Source: Sulfolobales archaeon (GTDB lineage Archaea; Thermoproteota; Thermoprotei_A; Sulfolobales; NBVN01). From it: 20,581 bases of DNA. The stretch is taken from NCBI GenBank assembly GCA_038841535.1, contig JAWBTQ010000021.1, positions 1 through 20,581 of the forward strand, read 5' to 3'. The notes below the pieces were generated by a model that did no database searches, was not told the DNA's origin, and was given only the letters and a program-made list of their open reading frames with translations. This document shows, piece after piece, positions 17,443-20,581 of this stretch. Every line of letters starts with the position of its first letter. Position 1 is the first letter of the stretch. A program made the translations under genes and the position numbers.

Positions 17443-18666
17443 GTGGTGGATGTTGTTGCAGCCGTTGTAGCTTCACCTCTTCACGAGCCTTCGAGGCTCT
17501 CAAAGTACGTGAGTGATTTTCTGTCTAAAACACAAGGCGTCACTTTTTCGGGAGTCATAACAGAACCCGTTTGTTTAAGTGCTACATCAGCAATCATCTT
17601 AGTGGCAACTGGAGGTACGGAGCACGTATTGCTCGAAACTACTAAAATGAGTAAGTTCAGCTACGTTCTTTTAGTCTATCACGACCTCGAGAACTCTCTT
17701 CCCGCGGTTCTTGAGGCCCTCCCGGTATTAAGAGGCATGACGCAAGTCGATGTAGTAAAGCTCGATTATCTTTCTGAGTTAATGGCACCTGTAGTAACTG
17801 CCTCTAAGGCTCTCAGCAGGGTACGTGGGAGTAAACTCCTCGTTATCGGGGGCCCCTCGCCGTGGCTTATCTACTCATCCGGTGTAGAAGGAGTTATACG
17901 TAGTAAGCTAGGTGTGGAGTTGGAGTTTGTTGAACTAGAGGAGCTGGTCGCTGAATATGGAAAAACTAATGTAGGTGAAGCCCTAAAGTCAGAGGAGTTC
18001 AGTCAGTTACTCGCTCACTCATTCATAAATGAAAGATCTCTGCTGGACTCATACAGGCTATACCTAGCTATAGACAGATTAGTGCGTGTTAGAAGAGCTC
18101 AAGCTGTCTCCGTTAGGTGCTTTGACTTAATAAAGGAAACCGGTGTGACTGGTTGCCTAGCTCTCTCGAAGCTACTTGATAAGGGTATAGTCGCTGGGTG
18201 CGAGGCCGACTTACCGACTACAGCTACTATGATGATCCTAAGGGAGCTGAGTGGCAGCACCCCGTGGATGGCCAACGTCGTTGAAGTAAAAGAGGGTTTA
18301 GTAGAGCTAGCTCACTGCACTATAGCGACGTCAGTAACGAACGGATATGAGCTTACAACACACTTCGAGAGCGGTAAACCAACAGCGGTAGCCGGCAGAG
18401 TGAATGTCGGCCTAAAGGCTACTATCGCTAAGTACGATCCTAAGCGAAACCTAGTTAGAGCAGCTCTTGGAGAAGTATTGGAGGGCTTTCCAAAGCATAG
18501 CGCGAGGTGTAGAACTCAAGTAAGCCTGAGAGTACCTGAGGAGTACTCACGCAAACTTCTAGGTGATCCGCTGGGAGCCCACGTAGTGGTAGCCTTTACT
18601 AACGTACTGAAGCCTCTCGAGGTTTTATGTAGGATCCTCGGTATTGAGTCTGAGGTCTACTACTAA
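17443..18666 (+). CDS. L-fucose/L-arabinose isomerase-like protein (FucI/AraA family, short form)
   Basis: ATGGTE, SLPAVLE, IGGPSPWL, VRCFDL, GCLALS, AGCEAD, LAHCT, THFES, CRTQV and GAHVVV motifs. Confidence 0.85.
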   Translation: MVDVVAAVVASPLHEPSRLSKYVSDFLSKTQGVTFSGVITEPVCLSATSAIILVATGGTEHVLLETTKMSKFSYVLLVYHDLENSLPAVLEALPVLRGMTQVDVVKLDYLSELMAPVVTASKALSRVRGSKLLVIGGPSPWLIYSSGVEGVIRSKLGVELEFVELEELVAEYGKTNVGEALKSEEFSQLLAHSFINERSLLDSYRLYLAIDRLVRVRRAQAVSVRCFDLIKETGVTGCLALSKLLDKGIVAGCEADLPTTATMMILRELSGSTPWMANVVEVKEGLVELAHCTIATSVTNGYELTTHFESGKPTAVAGRVNVGLKATIAKYDPKRNLVRAALGEVLEGFPKHSARCRTQVSLRVPEEYSRKLLGDPLGAHVVVAFTNVLKPLEVLCRILGIESEVYY

Positions 18667-18761
18667 AGGCTTGACTTTTGATTTACTCGTACGCTGTGAT
18701 TAACGACCTAGCGATTGCTTTAAGTATTTAACTGCCCAAGTGATTGCTCCTGGGTTTAAGA

Positions 18762-20336
18762 ATGGACATAAAGTTCGAAAGAGCGGATATAGTAATCGTA
18801 GGGTCGGGACTTAGCGGGCTCGCAACAGCGTTCTTTATAGACAAGATTTCAGACTACACTGTAGCTGTTTCATCAAAGACTTCAGCTGGCTATGGTTCAT
18901 CTACGTTTTACTCTCAAGGTGCATTCAGGTGCCCTGGAACTAGCTACAGTGAAGACGACTTCATTAGGGACGCACTAGTAGGTGGAAGATATATGAACAG
19001 AAGGTACCTCGTTGAAATATTGGCTCGAGAGTGCCGAGAGTCTATTCAGTGTCTTAGAGAAGCCGGCATAGCCCTTAGGGAGACGCCGTCGGGCTTCCGT
19101 GTCATTAGTGACGACAAGCTCTTCCCTGGGAGAGAGCTCACGACGAGACTTGCGAGTTACCTCGCCAGTCGAGGTGTAAAGTTTTTGGAAGGTGGAACTC
19201 TACTCGATATCGCTAGGTCAGGTAATGGTGGGTACATAGCCCTACATGCCTTAGGGAACAGTATCGTTGCTGTGGGAGCTAAGGCAGTCGTGCTTGCCAC
19301 CGGTGGTGCAGCGAACGCCTACTTAAGGTCAGATAACCCATCTCAACTGACATGCGATGGACATGCTCTTGCCCTAAGGTTAGGGCTTTCACTAGTAGAT
19401 ATGGAGTTCGTGCAGTTCTTTCCTCTAGGTGTAGCAGAACGTGGAAAACCACCAGTTATGATTCCCTTTACTAAGGGTAGACTCGTCAATAAGTACAGTG
19501 AGGACATCGTGCAGAAGTACGGCTTGGAGAGCTTGGGTAAGGCCGTATTAGTTGCTCGTGACGCTCTCTCCAGGTACATGATGACGGAGGTCAAGAGTGG
19601 GAATGGCGTAGACGGGGCTTTACTCGTATACCCTACCGAAGATAGCGACGAACTTAATGCAGCCGGGTTTGAGACTATGAGACGCTTAAACCTTAAGCCC
19701 CCCATCAGGGTACTCCCCACAGCTCACTACACCATGGGAGGTGTAAGAGTAGACTCTAGCTTAAGGACGGCGCTTCCAGGATTTTATGTAGCTGGAGAGC
19801 TCGTCGGTGGTGTCCACGGAGCTAACAGACTCGGTGGTAATGCCCTAACCGCATGTGTAGCCTTATCGAGAAGGATAGCGCAAAACATAGTGAGCTACCT
19901 TGAAGGAAGTTTTGATAAAGGAAGCAGAGGGCTTATTGATGAGCACGACGTGCGAGAAGCCCTCAAAAGGTTTAACCCTAGTGGGAAAGGCGTAGACCCT
20001 GCGGACGTAAAGCTAGAGACCAGGAGGATTATGTGGGAGAATGTTGGAGTATTAAGGTCTGAAGAATCTCTTAAGAACTCCTTAGAGAGGCTGTACCTAC
20101 TGGCTGAAGAGGTTAGTAAGGCTAGAGTTTATGGGGTTAGAGGACTCGTTGAGGTAGTTGAAGCAGAGAACACGGTACTGACGTCACTGTCTATAGCTGC
20201 TTCAGCACTCGAGAGAAGAGAAAGCAGAGGTAGTCACTTCAGAGTAGACTACCCAGAGGAAGTTAGTGGTTGGATAAAGAGTGTTAGAGTAGAGCTTAGA
20301 GACGGCAGAATAGTCGTATCTGAAGAATCTCTCTGA
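18762..20336 (+). CDS. FAD-dependent oxidoreductase, succinate dehydrogenase/fumarate reductase/L-aspartate oxidase flavoprotein family
   Basis: IVGSGLSG, LATGG, DMEFVQF, TAHYTMGG, AGE...GVHGANRLGGNAL and RRESRGSHFRVDYP. ATG 18762 is preferred over TTG 18744. Confidence 0.92.
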   Translation: MDIKFERADIVIVGSGLSGLATAFFIDKISDYTVAVSSKTSAGYGSSTFYSQGAFRCPGTSYSEDDFIRDALVGGRYMNRRYLVEILARECRESIQCLREAGIALRETPSGFRVISDDKLFPGRELTTRLASYLASRGVKFLEGGTLLDIARSGNGGYIALHALGNSIVAVGAKAVVLATGGAANAYLRSDNPSQLTCDGHALALRLGLSLVDMEFVQFFPLGVAERGKPPVMIPFTKGRLVNKYSEDIVQKYGLESLGKAVLVARDALSRYMMTEVKSGNGVDGALLVYPTEDSDELNAAGFETMRRLNLKPPIRVLPTAHYTMGGVRVDSSLRTALPGFYVAGELVGGVHGANRLGGNALTACVALSRRIAQNIVSYLEGSFDKGSRGLIDEHDVREALKRFNPSGKGVDPADVKLETRRIMWENVGVLRSEESLKNSLERLYLLAEEVSKARVYGVRGLVEVVEAENTVLTSLSIAASALERRESRGSHFRVDYPEEVSGWIKSVRVELRDGRIVVSEESL

Positions 20337-20348
20337 CCTCACTGGTTA

Positions 20349-20581
20349 CTAGACCAGGGCTGCTCTCACAGCTCTAGCAAACTCCTTAAGTCTCACTAGA
20401 TCTAGAGGGTTTCCAGCCTTACCATCCTTCCTCACGTATGATCCAACTATCAGTCCGTCCGAGTGTTTAAGTAGTGCTACAACGTTCTCTATATTAGCAC
20501 CACTCCCAACTAAGACAGGAACTGTTGAGAACTTCTTCACTATCTTCAGTCTCTCAACATTGGGTGGTTCACCGGTCCTCG
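20349..20581 (-). CDS. BtpA/SgcQ-family TIM-barrel protein, 3' part (continues beyond the window)
   Basis: Frame is open to the window edge: RTGEPP...PVLVGSG...ENV...DGLIVGSYVRKDG...D..R. Confidence 0.88.
   Translation of the reverse strand, partial: RTGEPPNVERLKIVKKFSTVPVLVGSGANIENVVALLKHSDGLIVGSYVRKDGKAGNPLDLVRLKEFARAVRAALV

Noticed and set aside
986-19720. Antisense or nested ORFs (986-1222, 2205-2537, 2507-2791, 2952-3137, 4087-4383, 4447-4818, 7930-8112, 11837-12340, 13456-13934, 14983-15228, 15562-15867, 19343-19720)
   Set aside because: They are shadows of well-supported genes on the opposite strand.
18762-20336. Gene symbols nadB or sdhA
   Set aside because: Key residues and partner genes are missing.

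Overview
Archaeal window, most likely Thermoproteota (Crenarchaeota). This is inferred from GGTGA/GGAGG-type Shine-Dalgarno sites, TATA boxes, frequent GTG/TTG starts, a GC-rich tRNA without encoded CCA, and HEPN-MNT pairs. An intronless tRNA-Arg(GCG) at 7771-7845 (-) splits the window. The left part (1-7770) is a loosely packed accessory zone, about 55% coding by my rough count. It holds two HEPN-MNT pairs, a membrane-anchored NosD/CASH beta-helix protein, a maleate isomerase/AMDase-family gene, a probable tnpB 3'-end relic and pseudogene fragments. The right part is tightly packed, about 90% coding. It holds a radical SAM gene, an isoaspartyl peptidase/asparaginase, a cytoplasmic HtrA, an Fe3+/polyamine-type ABC permease and ATPase with no adjacent solute-binding protein, a divergent stalked surface protein, a FucI-like isomerase, an Sdh/Frd/NadB-family flavoprotein with an altered active site, and the 3' end of a BtpA/SgcQ gene. 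The best leads are (1) a candidate H/ACA-like guide RNA at 9396-9458 with its own TATA box, (2) the ABC transporter sharing a 58-bp divergent spacer with the stalked GIFT/GATase-like protein, (3) the substituted flavoprotein, and (4) two probable non-canonical start codons (ATT, CTG). All family assignments come from motifs recognised by eye; no searches were run.
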